Assembly: GCA_040905465.1 (NCBI GenBank)
Contig: JBBDRK010000046.1
Coordinates: forward strand, 1 to 37,441
Source of the DNA: Trueperaceae bacterium
GTDB lineage: Bacteria > Deinococcota > Deinococci > Deinococcales > Trueperaceae
Length of the DNA: 37,441 nucleotides
Direction of reading: 5' to 3'
This document shows positions 1-9,375 of this stretch, one piece after another. The first letter of the stretch is position 1; each line of letters starts with the position of its first letter. The notes beneath the pieces are model-generated. The model was not told where the DNA came from and ran no database searches. It was given only the letters and a program-made list of their open reading frames with translations. The translations under genes were made by a program, and so were the position numbers.

Positions 1-78
<78 letters not shown>

Positions 79-219
79 ACAGAGTTCGCTGTGCTCACAT
101 GGCACAGGCGAAGGTAAGTTTATAGGGATTTTGGAGTCGTGCTCCCAACATTGGGCGACGCAAATGGGTCGCCGCAAGCCGGTATAACGCGAGCATAGCT
201 TTACGGTAGCTGCAGTTCC

Positions 220-1104
220 CTACTCAGCAGCCGGCATGAACTCATCGTGCTGAGCCTTCGCCTGATTCTCCTGGGCTTCCAGCATCAGGTCCAACATGCC
301 AAGGAGTCGCTCCTTCTCACGCTGAGATATTTGGTTTGGTACCCGTACGTAAGCGGCTCGGCCACCTCCGAGCGGAAGACTCAGTACGTAGTAATTACTG
401 TCCTCGTCTGATGTCATTGGCTCCTTCGAAGTGCCTATTCCCTTTTGCTCGGAGTTTTCTCGCCCATTCACGCCTGGAGTCTCAATGAATCTCGGACCTA
501 CTGTGCCGGGTCGGCCAGCCTTATCTGTGATTTCCGGGCCTGTCTCATCGCTTCCTTCCGAGCCTACTTCGGAACTATACAGCCACCCTTCAATTAGCGC
601 AAAAGCCTCCGGCGCCCATTCAATGCGAGATGCGTGCCCGCGACGCCCACGGACAAATGTCCCTAGGCCAACCGTTCCAAGCAGATCGGCGAACGTGAGA
701 GCCCCTTCACTCCTGTTGTTTGGGCTTGTACCGATCCCAGCCTGTGCCCACCAGGTCTCAAACCACTCCAACTTGGTAACCGACTCCTCGCCCTGATGTA
801 GTCGCGCTTCTAGAAGATTCGCGTAGGGCGAGTATTTGAACATCTGCTGCCGAATAATATCTGCCTTGACAGTATCGTTATCAGAGAGAGACAAGCGCCG
901 ACCCTCATCGGTCAACTTCTCCGTGTCTGAATCAGCCAAGCCAAGCTCCCTTAAAGCGAGGACGGTACCGACAAAGTTCTTTCCGGTAAATCCCATAGTC
1001 TTGAGCTGATCGAAACTCTTGCCTCGGCCGAGTATGCGAATGAACTTGAAGATGTCCTCTGTGCCGGTTCTATAGGGTAGAGTCACAGCGCCATTGTCAG
1101 TCAT
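220..1104 (-). CDS. Hypothetical protein (~294 aa), probable N-terminal winged-helix region, low-complexity linker and small C-terminal domain
   Basis: ATG at 1104 is preceded by AGGAGG. 'LRELGLAD..EKLTDEGRRL' resembles a wHTH wing. No catalytic motif recognised. Confidence 0.75.
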   Translation of the reverse strand: MTDNGAVTLPYRTGTEDIFKFIRILGRGKSFDQLKTMGFTGKNFVGTVLALRELGLADSDTEKLTDEGRRLSLSDNDTVKADIIRQQMFKYSPYANLLEARLHQGEESVTKLEWFETWWAQAGIGTSPNNRSEGALTFADLLGTVGLGTFVRGRRGHASRIEWAPEAFALIEGWLYSSEVGSEGSDETGPEITDKAGRPGTVGPRFIETPGVNGRENSEQKGIGTSKEPMTSDEDSNYYVLSLPLGGGRAAYVRVPNQISQREKERLLGMLDLMLEAQENQAKAQHDEFMPAAE

Positions 1105-1167
1105 TACTTTCCTCCTTGGCGCCCATACTGGCATATTGGCGTAGAGTCTGTCAAGACGGCGGCCACG

Positions 1168-1400
1168 TTATCGTATCCCAGCTGCCGCCAAATAGTCGCC
1201 TCGCCCAAGTAGCTCTGACAAGGACACTGCCCCAGCCCTCCGCTGTTCCTCATACACATGCGTGTACGTCCTCACCGTCATGCTCGGATCTGCGTTCCCC
1301 AACCTTTCGGCAACCACCGTCACCGGCACGCAGTGCCTGATAAGCAACAACGCGGCCGTGTGCCGCAGATCGTGCAGCGGGACCCTCGGCGCGTTCGCCG
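1168..1400 (-). pseudogene. C-terminal fragment of a second tyrosine integrase
   Basis: Translates as LHDLRHTAALLLIRHCVPVTVVAERLGNADPSMTVRTYTHVYEEQRRAGAVSL, closely matching the C-terminus of the 2566-3690 integrase. It has no N-terminus, and the conserved LGH His is replaced by Asn. Confidence 0.9.
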
Positions 1401-1405
1401 CCTGA

Positions 1406-1666
1406 CTACGTCCAGTTCTGGCCGCGGTATTCGTCCCGCACGCGGTACCGGCCAGCTCCTTGCGCTTCGAAATATTTAGCGAAGGTTGGACTATGTTCGT
1501 CGCTAGCAGCATTCGCCAGAGTGACGTTTACCATGTTCGGACTCACTTTCCACCCTCGCCGGGAGACTAGCTCCTTAACGCTCTGAACGGAGAGGGGTTC
1601 TAAAAGCTCACCCCTGTTTACGGCTGCAAGTATCTCCCTGTTCAATCCACGCCCAAATTTGGCCAT
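1406..1666 (-). CDS. Small hypothetical protein (86 aa), winged-helix-like
   Basis: AGAGGAG RBS before the ATG. Helical pattern ends in a 'YFEAQGAGRYRV' beta-wing. Confidence 0.7.
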   Translation of the reverse strand: MAKFGRGLNREILAAVNRGELLEPLSVQSVKELVSRRGWKVSPNMVNVTLANAASDEHSPTFAKYFEAQGAGRYRVRDEYRGQNWT

Positions 1667-1680
1667 ACCGGTGCTCCTCT

Positions 1681-2508
1681 CTATTCGATTTCTTGTCGTC
1701 TAATGGTCGTCATCGGACGGTTGTCCACAAGAATGTGCAGGCGCGCCGATTTATAGAGCGGATTGTAATCGGCGTAGGCCTTGAAGGGCGTTGACTGGCG
1801 TGGGGCCAGAGTGGTGAAGTCAAGGTAGGTCCAGTCACTCGACAAGAAGGTGCCGGCGGAGTCATAGAACTCGATTAGGGCCTTGGCGTGCCGGATCACT
1901 GCATCCGTGTTATTAGTGACTTGCCCTTCAACAATGTAGTTGTCATAGGAGCGACCCCAAGACCAGTTCTCGATTATAAATACCGCGTTGGCTATACGCC
2001 TTCGTTGCGCCGCCTGTTCCGCCTCTCGCCTGCGCTGCTCCGCGGCCTCCGCCGCTCGACGCCGCTCCTCTTCCGCACGTTGACGCTGGGCCGCCTGTTC
2101 CTCGGCGGTCGTGCGCTCAAGCCACACGCTGATGCTCTCCCTTTCGCTAGTCACGTTTAGTACGCCCTCAAATGGTTTATAGAGGTCGTAGTCGTCATAG
2201 GGTTCGTCCGCCATGACTCGGTAAGGGGTAGCTTGGGCCCGGACGACTGTCACAGTAGTAGGTGTTCGGCCAACAGTCTTCCCGTCAACGAAGACGGCTG
2301 CGTTTTCAGGGTCAGTCGCGACCCGCACCTCTGCGTACTGTCGGCCGCTAATTTCATCACCGAAGGCCTGCAGGAGCCCAGACTTACCTACGATGTTAGC
2401 AGCCCCAACAATACCAAGTCCTACTGCGAATACGAGAACAACTCGCTTTCCTGGACCAATATAGATCAGACCCCAGACGAGTAGCGCAATGGCGATGATA
2501 AGCAGCAT
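1681..2508 (-). CDS. Membrane-anchored PEGA-like and FxLYD-like domain protein
   Basis: Two N-terminal hydrophobic segments, a PEGA-like 'TDPENAAVFVDGKTVGRTP', a charged coiled coil and an FxLYD-like 'VEGQVTNNT...IEFYDSAG...LAPRQSTPF'. Confidence 0.8.
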   Translation of the reverse strand: MLLIIAIALLVWGLIYIGPGKRVVLVFAVGLGIVGAANIVGKSGLLQAFGDEISGRQYAEVRVATDPENAAVFVDGKTVGRTPTTVTVVRAQATPYRVMADEPYDDYDLYKPFEGVLNVTSERESISVWLERTTAEEQAAQRQRAEEERRRAAEAAEQRRREAEQAAQRRRIANAVFIIENWSWGRSYDNYIVEGQVTNNTDAVIRHAKALIEFYDSAGTFLSSDWTYLDFTTLAPRQSTPFKAYADYNPLYKSARLHILVDNRPMTTIRRQEIE

Positions 2509-2565
2509 ATAGTTCCTTTCGTACGCCGATACTAACGCTTAATGACATTGTGATGGCAAGCACTT

Positions 2566-3690
2566 TTAGGTTAAGACCTCCTCAAGGGACACAGCACCTG
2601 CGCGCCTCTGCTCCTCGTACATGTGGGCGTAGGTCCGAAGTGTGATGCTTGGATCGGCGTGACCCAAACGCTCCGCCACCACCTTCACCGGCACGCCATG
2701 GCGAATTAGCAGCGACGCCGCTGTGTGGCGTAAGTCGTGCAGCCGGATCTTAGACACGCTCGCCCGCTCGATGAGGGCATCGAAGCGCCGCTGTACGTTT
2801 CGCGGCCAGAGGTGCGTCTCCTCAGACGAGGCGAACACCATCGTCGCCAGCTTGCCCAACTTAATCTCCTGATCCAGTTGATGGTCGCGCAGCACTCGCA
2901 CCGTGTCGGCCGACAGCAGCAGCGTTCGCCGGCTGGCTCTCGTCTTTGGCTCGCCCAGCTGCACCCCACCTCTCACTTTCACAAGGCTCCGCGACACCCG
3001 AAGCCAGCCCTCCTCGAGATCGACCTCTTTCCAGTGCAGGCCTAGTAGCTCGCCACGCCTCATGCCCGTGGCAAGTGCCAAGTAGAAGAGCGGGTAGAGC
3101 TTGTGGCACTTAGCGGCATCCAGGAACCGCCTCGTTTCGTCCGCCGTCCAGGCCTTCATCTCAACGCGTGACAAGGCGGGCGCCCGGACGTGCTCTGCCG
3201 GGTTGCTCGTTAGGATCTGCCATACGACGGCCTGTTTCAAAGCTGTCTTGAGGGTGCCCAGGGCACCTCGCACCATCCGCGCCGAGAAGCCCTCGGCCAG
3301 CATCTCCCCTACCAATGCTTCGACCTTAAGAGCCCGCAGGTCAGTCAGGCGAACAGAGGCCAGCCGCGGCTCCAACATTCGCCGGACGATGTACTCGTAC
3401 CCCTGGTGCGTCACCGGCCGTACGTGCCGCTCCTTGTGCTCCAGCCAGCGCCTCAGGAACTCACCTACCGTGGTTTTGTGAGCCTCCAGGCTCGTTCCGG
3501 CGTCCCGTTCCCGAATGAGCCGTTGACGGATTGCCTCGGCCTCCTCTCTGGCGGCCGCAGTGAAGTATCGCCTGACTTGCTTGCCGTTGACGTCGTGACC
3601 CAGAGTGACTGCCCCGGCGTACTTGCCGTTCTTCTTGCGGACGATGGTGCCGTCGCCATTCGCTCGCTTCCGCCCTTTGCGTTTGCTCAC
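2566..3690 (-). CDS. int: Tyrosine recombinase/integrase (ICEBs1/Tn916-like)
   Basis: N-terminal 'RANGDGTI' arm-binding domain. Catalytic R (TGMRRGE), K (EPKT), HxLRH, LGH and Y (LRTYAH) are all intact. Confidence 0.97.
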   Translation of the reverse strand: MSKRKGRKRANGDGTIVRKKNGKYAGAVTLGHDVNGKQVRRYFTAAAREEAEAIRQRLIRERDAGTSLEAHKTTVGEFLRRWLEHKERHVRPVTHQGYEYIVRRMLEPRLASVRLTDLRALKVEALVGEMLAEGFSARMVRGALGTLKTALKQAVVWQILTSNPAEHVRAPALSRVEMKAWTADETRRFLDAAKCHKLYPLFYLALATGMRRGELLGLHWKEVDLEEGWLRVSRSLVKVRGGVQLGEPKTRASRRTLLLSADTVRVLRDHQLDQEIKLGKLATMVFASSEETHLWPRNVQRRFDALIERASVSKIRLHDLRHTAASLLIRHGVPVKVVAERLGHADPSITLRTYAHMYEEQRRAGAVSLEEVLT

Positions 3691-4070
3691 TCCTGCACCG
3701 GAACCAGTTCGCGAGCACGGTCCAACGCCTCATGAAGTGTTGGGAACAGCTCATGAACATCACTCAGCTCAAGATGCCAGAAGTCGTCCGCCCGCAGCTC
3801 AATCAGCGCCGCGCCCCACCACCAACGCGTGGGCATAGGGCCAAAGAACTTGTCAGTTCTGTCGCTCATCTGACTAGATCCGGCTGGAGCACCCAGTGGC
3901 CGCTCTACGTGTTGCTCGATGAAGGCTACGGCACTGGCGAGGCTCTCGGTACTAGCGTCGAGGCCCTTCACTGCGGTAGTGATGTGCCAGCGGTGGTTAT
4001 GGATGCGTTCTATGAGATATTCGTGCAGGGCGTACTTGCCGGGAGCTAATCGGATAAGCTGCTCGGTCAT
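3687..4070 (-). CDS. Hypothetical protein with an apparent internal duplication
   Basis: ATG at 4070 follows GGAG. The stop overlaps the integrase GTG start (GTGA), suggesting translational coupling. Confidence 0.65.
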   Translation of the reverse strand: MTEQLIRLAPGKYALHEYLIERIHNHRWHITTAVKGLDASTESLASAVAFIEQHVERPLGAPAGSSQMSDRTDKFFGPMPTRWWWGAALIELRADDFWHLELSDVHELFPTLHEALDRARELVPVQE

Positions 4071-4160
4071 CTCCGGTCTCCAATCCGAGCCCGATTGTGA
4101 GAAACATAACAATGGCTCGGAAGGGATTATTTACCGGATCCGACACGAGGGTATCAAAGT

Positions 4161-4520
4161 TCAACCCCTTTCTGCCAAGTCAAGTATTTCGTCCACAGGT
4201 ACTTCGAGTTCGGCCGACAGTCGCTCTATCTCCTGATAGCGCAGTTGGCGAAGAGCCGGGGGCGCCATAAACGCCTCAGTTGGCCTGACAATCCGGTTCG
4301 CATATTCGGCGGCAGCTCGCCTTGCATCAGCAAACCTGGTCAGCGCGTTCACTGCATCCATAGCGGCCTTGCGACTTAGCACGGCCCTACGGTTCACCCT
4401 ATCTCCGCTAGATGTTTTGATCCACCACTTCCGGGGCCGCTCGCACACCAAGACATAGCCATGGAAGGCGTACCGGGACTTCTCGTTTGCAAGCGGCCGT
4501 AGTTTCTCTAGCGACGACAT
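4161..4520 (-). CDS. Hypothetical protein, possible C-terminal HTH-like segment
   Basis: GAGG upstream of the ATG. The N-terminus resembles the 3687-4070 protein; the C-terminus reads 'YQEIERLSAELEVPVDEIL'. Confidence 0.6.
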   Translation of the reverse strand: MSSLEKLRPLANEKSRYAFHGYVLVCERPRKWWIKTSSGDRVNRRAVLSRKAAMDAVNALTRFADARRAAAEYANRIVRPTEAFMAPPALRQLRYQEIERLSAELEVPVDEILDLAERG

Positions 4521-4854
4521 TTCCAGACAAGCCTACCTCTCAAGCCTCGCAACCGCAGGACATGAGAAGTCTGAGCACCGCCTTGCCCCCGTGAATGCTC
4601 TCAATTCAAATCGGAACGCGGGGGAGAATTCCTAACGCAGCTGCATGACGTTGAGACTTGGAAGGAGCCGCCTGACGAGTTCGTAATGGAGGTTTACGCC
4701 TCCATATCAGCACAAGTAGACAAGAACGATAAAAGGAGCCCCTCTGGAAAGGGGCCGGTAGGGATGGAACTGTCGGCAAGGGTATTATCGCCTGCTCCTA
4801 TGCAAGGAATGGAGCCTTAGAGCCCTTTGCGACAGCCACCCAGATGGAGGAACG

Positions 4855-7354
4855 ATGGATACTGGGTTGGTAAGAAACCGCGAGTCTAGTCGAGAACGGC
4901 TTCGAATCAGCTCGCCGCCGTTCGCTAACGAGCCCGATCCCTCACAGCTGCTTCAGTGGGCGGAGGTCATCCTCGAGAGCGAGGCGACCGAGTGGCGCTA
5001 CTTCGACCGCAACGGCAAGCCGCGCCGCATCTACGGGACTGCAAGTGAACTTATTGGCAAGCTACTCGACCTTAACGCGGCTGGCCATCAGGTCTACCCC
5101 GTCATCAACGCGACGTCACCGGACGTCATCACCTCTAAGCGAGCTGCCGTCGAAGAGGGCCGCTGGGCGGACGAGTCCTACCTAAGCGACCGGGACATCA
5201 CCAGGGTACGCGCCGTGTTTGTGGACCTCGACGAGGACCACGGTAACAACCTCGATCGAATCCTACAAAGCCCGCGACCGCCCACGGCCATAGTGCGCTC
5301 GAGCCAGCAGCACAAGCTGCACGCCTAATGGAAGCTGCGCGACGGCAACCCCAGGCACTTCCGCTCACTCCAGAAGGCTCTCATTGACTCCTTCCGCGGC
5401 GACCCCACCGTCGTCAATGCCTCGCGAATCATGCGCGTACCCGGGTTGCTTAACCTCAAGGACGGCATAGGGGCCAAGCGAGCCGAGCTACTGCACCTCG
5501 ATCCCGGCGCCCTGTACGTCGAGGAGCAACTGATCACTGCCTTTGGCGTGGATCTCAACCCCGACTCAAGTCGTCCCACAATCCCTTCCGAACAGCACGT
5601 GCGACTCACGCCTGGGGCGTTCGACCTGCTGCTGAAGAGCCTGACAGAGGTGGACGTGAGCCGGCTCCAATACCGGCACCGGTGTGTCCGCGCCTTCCTC
5701 AATCTATTCGAGGACTGTGGGCGGCTCGCGGATGGCATAAGAGCGCTTCAGCGTGACGAGGTGCGTCGGGCCTGGGTGAAAAACGGCAATATTCGAAGCC
5801 ACAGCAATTGGCTCCAGGAAATCGACGATTGGCTCACCGCGGCCCCGGACCCTGAGGGCAAGCGGCTTGGCCTTCCAACCCTCCTGGAGAACGGCTTCCA
5901 CATAGACTCCCTCCCAACTGTCAGCAGCAATGAAGGCAAGTCGTCTCACGCAGATGTCCTCTTAAGACTATTGAAGCAAGCTGGAGCGATCGCGTGGCAC
6001 GACCCGGAGAGGCGGGCGTGGTTGACGATCCCGCGCGATAGGCACTTTGAGCACCACCGACTAGAAAGTGCCGAAGTGGAGGCGTGGCTCAAGCATTTGT
6101 TCCTCCGGTCGCGTGGATCGGCGCCAAGCTCTACCGGACTCTCCGGGGCAATGGGAGCCCTTGAGGCCATGGCGTTGTTTGACGGGGAGCAGCACGAGGT
6201 GCTTGTAAGGGTCGGTGCGGGCAACGGCATAATCTTCCTCGATCTTGCTGACAATGAATGGCGAGCGGTCAAGATCACTTCCGAAGGCTGGAGTGTCGTC
6301 AACGATCCACCGATACGGTTTCGTCGGCACCGCGCGATGCGCCCCCTAGCCGTTCCATCACCGAAGGGCCACCTTTCACCCTTGTGGGAGCTGCTTAACA
6401 TCGGCCCCGACGACCGCGTGCTCCTCGCCGCTTGGCTGGTTGCGGCTCTGCGCGCTCAGGGACCGTACCCGCTGTTGGCCTTAACTGGCCAGCAGGGCTC
6501 TGCCAAGAGCACCACCGCACGAGTTCTGCGGGCGCTCGTGGACCCCAACCTTGCACCCTTGCGCGGCCAGCCCCGCGAAGGACGCGATGTCGTAATTTCG
6601 GCTGGCAACAGCTGGATTCTGGCCTTCGATAACCTCTCGAGGATCCCCGGCTGGCTCTCCGACCTGTTGTGCACGGTCTCCACCGGCGGAGGCTTTGCCA
6701 CGCGGGAACTCTACACGAACAATGAGGAGATGGTGGTGAGTTTCCAAAGACCCGTCATCCTCACCAGCATCGCCGACGTCGCCAGCAAGCCCGACCTCCT
6801 TGACCGCGCCCTCATGCTCGACCTGCCGCCTATTCCCGCCAAGAATCGTCTCATCGAGGAGCAGCTATGGTCCCGCTTCGCTGAGTTGCAACCCGCTATC
6901 CTCGGGGCCCTGCTCGATGCTGTGGCAGCCGGGTTGGCTCGACTACCGCACCTTCCGAAAAACGCTTCAACTCGTATGGCAGACTTCGAGCTATGGGCGG
7001 CAGCCACCGAGGAGGCCCTCGGATTCCCTGCCGGAGCGTTCGCAACCAGATTCAACGAGAGCCGCGCCGAGGTGCAAGGCCTCGTGCTGCAGTCCGAGCC
7101 GGTTGCCGCAGAGGTGTTCCGGTTTATCTGCAAGACCAGGACGTGGACGGGCACCGCCACGGAACTGCTCGAGGAGCTAAACGCCATCACCCCACCCAGT
7201 ATCACTATTAAGTCGACATGGCCGTCCACAGCAAGCAAGCTCGGCAACGATCTGAGGACAGTATCGCCTGCGCTCGAGAAGGTGGGGGTGCACGTCGAGT
7301 TCCTGAAGAAGCACGGTGGCCGCAGGCAAATTGCCCTGACCATGGTTGCTTCAA
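4855..7354 (+). pseudogene. RepB-like primase fused to a P-loop ATPase/helicase, disrupted by an in-frame TAA (5326-5328) and by an IS at the 3' end; the native 3' end continues at 9313-9368
   Basis: ORFs 4855-5328 and 5431-7425 share one frame. Read-through gives 'AVFVDLD...IVRSSQQHKLHA*WKL...DPTVVNASRIMRVPG', i.e. primase DxD, HxYW and RxxRxPG motifs. Walker A GQQGSAKST and Walker B LAFDN follow. GGAGG RBS before 4855. Confidence 0.88.
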
Positions 7355-9307
7355 CTGGCGTTGAACAGTTGATAGGCACAACAACAGCACGTTTACCTCG
7401 TCACCGGCGTGAGAGTCGCTGGTGACGAGGCTTTGGGTGTTGTGACTACATGTTTTGGGCTTGCTGCGGGACTGGAATTTCCAGGTAGCGAGCTGGCGGG
7501 CTGATGTGGAGCGCGTCCAGCACGCGCTTTTGCTCGGCATTCAGCGGGTTGGTTTGAACCACCGGCCCGTTCTTGGTGTCGTGGTAGCCGGCCTGTAAAT
7601 TGGAAAAGTTTTTCTTGAGCTGATGCCAGGTATCGCCCGTCTCGTTCTCGATGATGCGGATCAGCAGCAGCGCCAGCCAGCAGAGCAGCACGTGGCCTTC
7701 GATGCGGTGCCTGCGGCGGTGGTAGACGGGACGCACATCCACGGTGTGCTTGAGGTCCCGGTTGACCCGCTCGATCTCGAAGAGTTGCTTGTAACCGAGC
7801 GCGACATCCTCGGCGGAGAGGTCACTGTCACTGGTTGACACCAGGAACTTTCCGTCGAGCTTCTCCTCGGCAGCGATCTTGGCCTTGTTGAGAGCCAGCT
7901 TCCCGGTCTTGGTCTGCCTCACGTACTTCCCGAAGGTGCGGTGAGCCCGCAGATCACAAGCCGCCCGCGTGTGCTGAGGACCCGCCTGCTGGGCCAGCTC
8001 GGCGAGGCGCCGCTCGGTCTCCCTGACGATGTCCTCCCGCTTGATCCGGTCACGTTCCGCTTCACTGGGGTTCTGCACGATCACGAAGCGCCTGCTCATC
8101 ACGCTGTCAGCCTTGGTGGTGACCTCCTTGATGCGCAGGCCACTGTCGAGTCGCTTGAACCTGCCGGGTCGGGAGAGCGCCTCCGGCAGCTTCCCGTTCG
8201 GCCCTAAGCGCAATCTCTCACCCAGGATGAAGGCGTCACCGGCGCCTTGCAGTGCCCGCCTGTTCTCAAGGCTGTTGAAGCCGGTGTCCATCACCATCAC
8301 CACCCGGCCCAACTTCCAGGCGTTCAGGTCCCGCTTCACCTCCTCGACCAAGCTCACGTCCGCTCGGTTGCCAGGGAACACCCAGCAGCGCACGGGAATC
8401 CCGTCCCTGGTGACAGCGAAAGCGATCACCACCTGCGCCAGATCCGGCCTACTGTCCTTGCTGTGCCCCCGCTTCCGGAAGCCCCTCTCGCCCTCCTCGT
8501 CACTCTCGCCGTCGTCGCCGTCGTCGCCCTCGTCGTCCTCGCCGTCGATCTCGAAATAAGTAGTGGTGGTGTCCACGAACAACAAGTCCACCTCCAGGTT
8601 GAAGAGGTTGCTGACCTGCCAGAACACCTCCCGCTGGATCTCATCGTGAGCCTCCAACAGGAAATCCATCCCCCGGTACAGCTGATGCACCTCCACCTCG
8701 GCGAGACCGTCGATGACCACCTCGTCACTGACCCATGACTCCAGGCTCAGCTTGCTGCCCGGATCCAACGCCCGGTTCGCCACCAGCGCGAACAACAGTC
8801 GCTCGATGGGAGTCCGGTAGTTCCGGCCTGACAGCAACCGCTCGAACGCCGCGTTCAAGCCCAGCCGCCTCCACACACCATCCAGCAGGTGACTGCCACC
8901 GAGCTTCTTGGCGCCCAGGAAAGCGAACGCCTCCAATCCGGCGCCCTCCAGGAGATCCTTGGCTTCACCCGGCTCGAGAAAACGGCTGATACTCTTCACC
9001 AACCGCCTGAGCTCCTCCTGATCGAGTTGATCCTTACGCCCGAAATTATAGAGAACCTGAGCCTTCGTCTGGCCAGTTACCGGATCCCGCTGGTTATGCG
9101 CCAGTGATACGTACTCATGACCCCTGGCTCTCGTAGTCCGCAAATACATCGTGCCCGCACTATACCCCGCTCACCAGCACGAGTAAAGAGGTTATCCACA
9201 AGCGTTGTGCCCACGTGAAAACTCGTTTTCACCACCCAAAAACAACAAAGACCCCGTCACACGCACAACAGGGCCTTCAATCATGCCTCACTACTGTTCA
9301 ACGCCAG
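7355..9307 (-). mobile_element. IS1634-family insertion sequence (1953 bp)
   Basis: Perfect 15-bp TIRs CTGGCGTTGAACAGT (7355-7369) and its reverse complement (9293-9307). 5-bp TSD TTCAA at 7350-7354 and 9308-9312. Confidence 0.95.
7446..9149 (-). CDS. tnp: IS1634-family DDE transposase
   Basis: 567 aa with motifs 'LFVDTTTTYFE', 'GHSKDSRPDLAQV', 'PGNRADV', 'VMDTGF', 'YKQLFEIERVNRDLK' and 'RPVYHR..HRIEGH'. Confidence 0.93.
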   Translation of the reverse strand: MYLRTTRARGHEYVSLAHNQRDPVTGQTKAQVLYNFGRKDQLDQEELRRLVKSISRFLEPGEAKDLLEGAGLEAFAFLGAKKLGGSHLLDGVWRRLGLNAAFERLLSGRNYRTPIERLLFALVANRALDPGSKLSLESWVSDEVVIDGLAEVEVHQLYRGMDFLLEAHDEIQREVFWQVSNLFNLEVDLLFVDTTTTYFEIDGEDDEGDDGDDGESDEEGERGFRKRGHSKDSRPDLAQVVIAFAVTRDGIPVRCWVFPGNRADVSLVEEVKRDLNAWKLGRVVMVMDTGFNSLENRRALQGAGDAFILGERLRLGPNGKLPEALSRPGRFKRLDSGLRIKEVTTKADSVMSRRFVIVQNPSEAERDRIKREDIVRETERRLAELAQQAGPQHTRAACDLRAHRTFGKYVRQTKTGKLALNKAKIAAEEKLDGKFLVSTSDSDLSAEDVALGYKQLFEIERVNRDLKHTVDVRPVYHRRRHRIEGHVLLCWLALLLIRIIENETGDTWHQLKKNFSNLQAGYHDTKNGPVVQTNPLNAEQKRVLDALHISPPARYLEIPVPQQAQNM

Positions 9308-9375
9308 TTCAATAGAACCGGACTTTCCCCCCGGCGAAGAACCGGACGATAGCCTGCCCTTCCATTGAGCGAGAT

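Noticed and set aside
1168-1512. 114-aa ORF as an intact gene
   Set aside because: Only the last ~75 codons are integrase-like. The 5' part is an alternative frame of the 1406-1666 gene.
4521-4854. Structured ncRNA in the divergent intergenic region (hairpins near 4686-4705 and 4738-4755)
   Set aside because: Only two short stems, compatible with operators, terminators or chance. No recognisable RNA family.
5431-7425. 664-aa ORF as an independent intact gene
   Set aside because: It starts inside a primase motif after a nonsense codon, and its last ~23 codons are read from the IS end.
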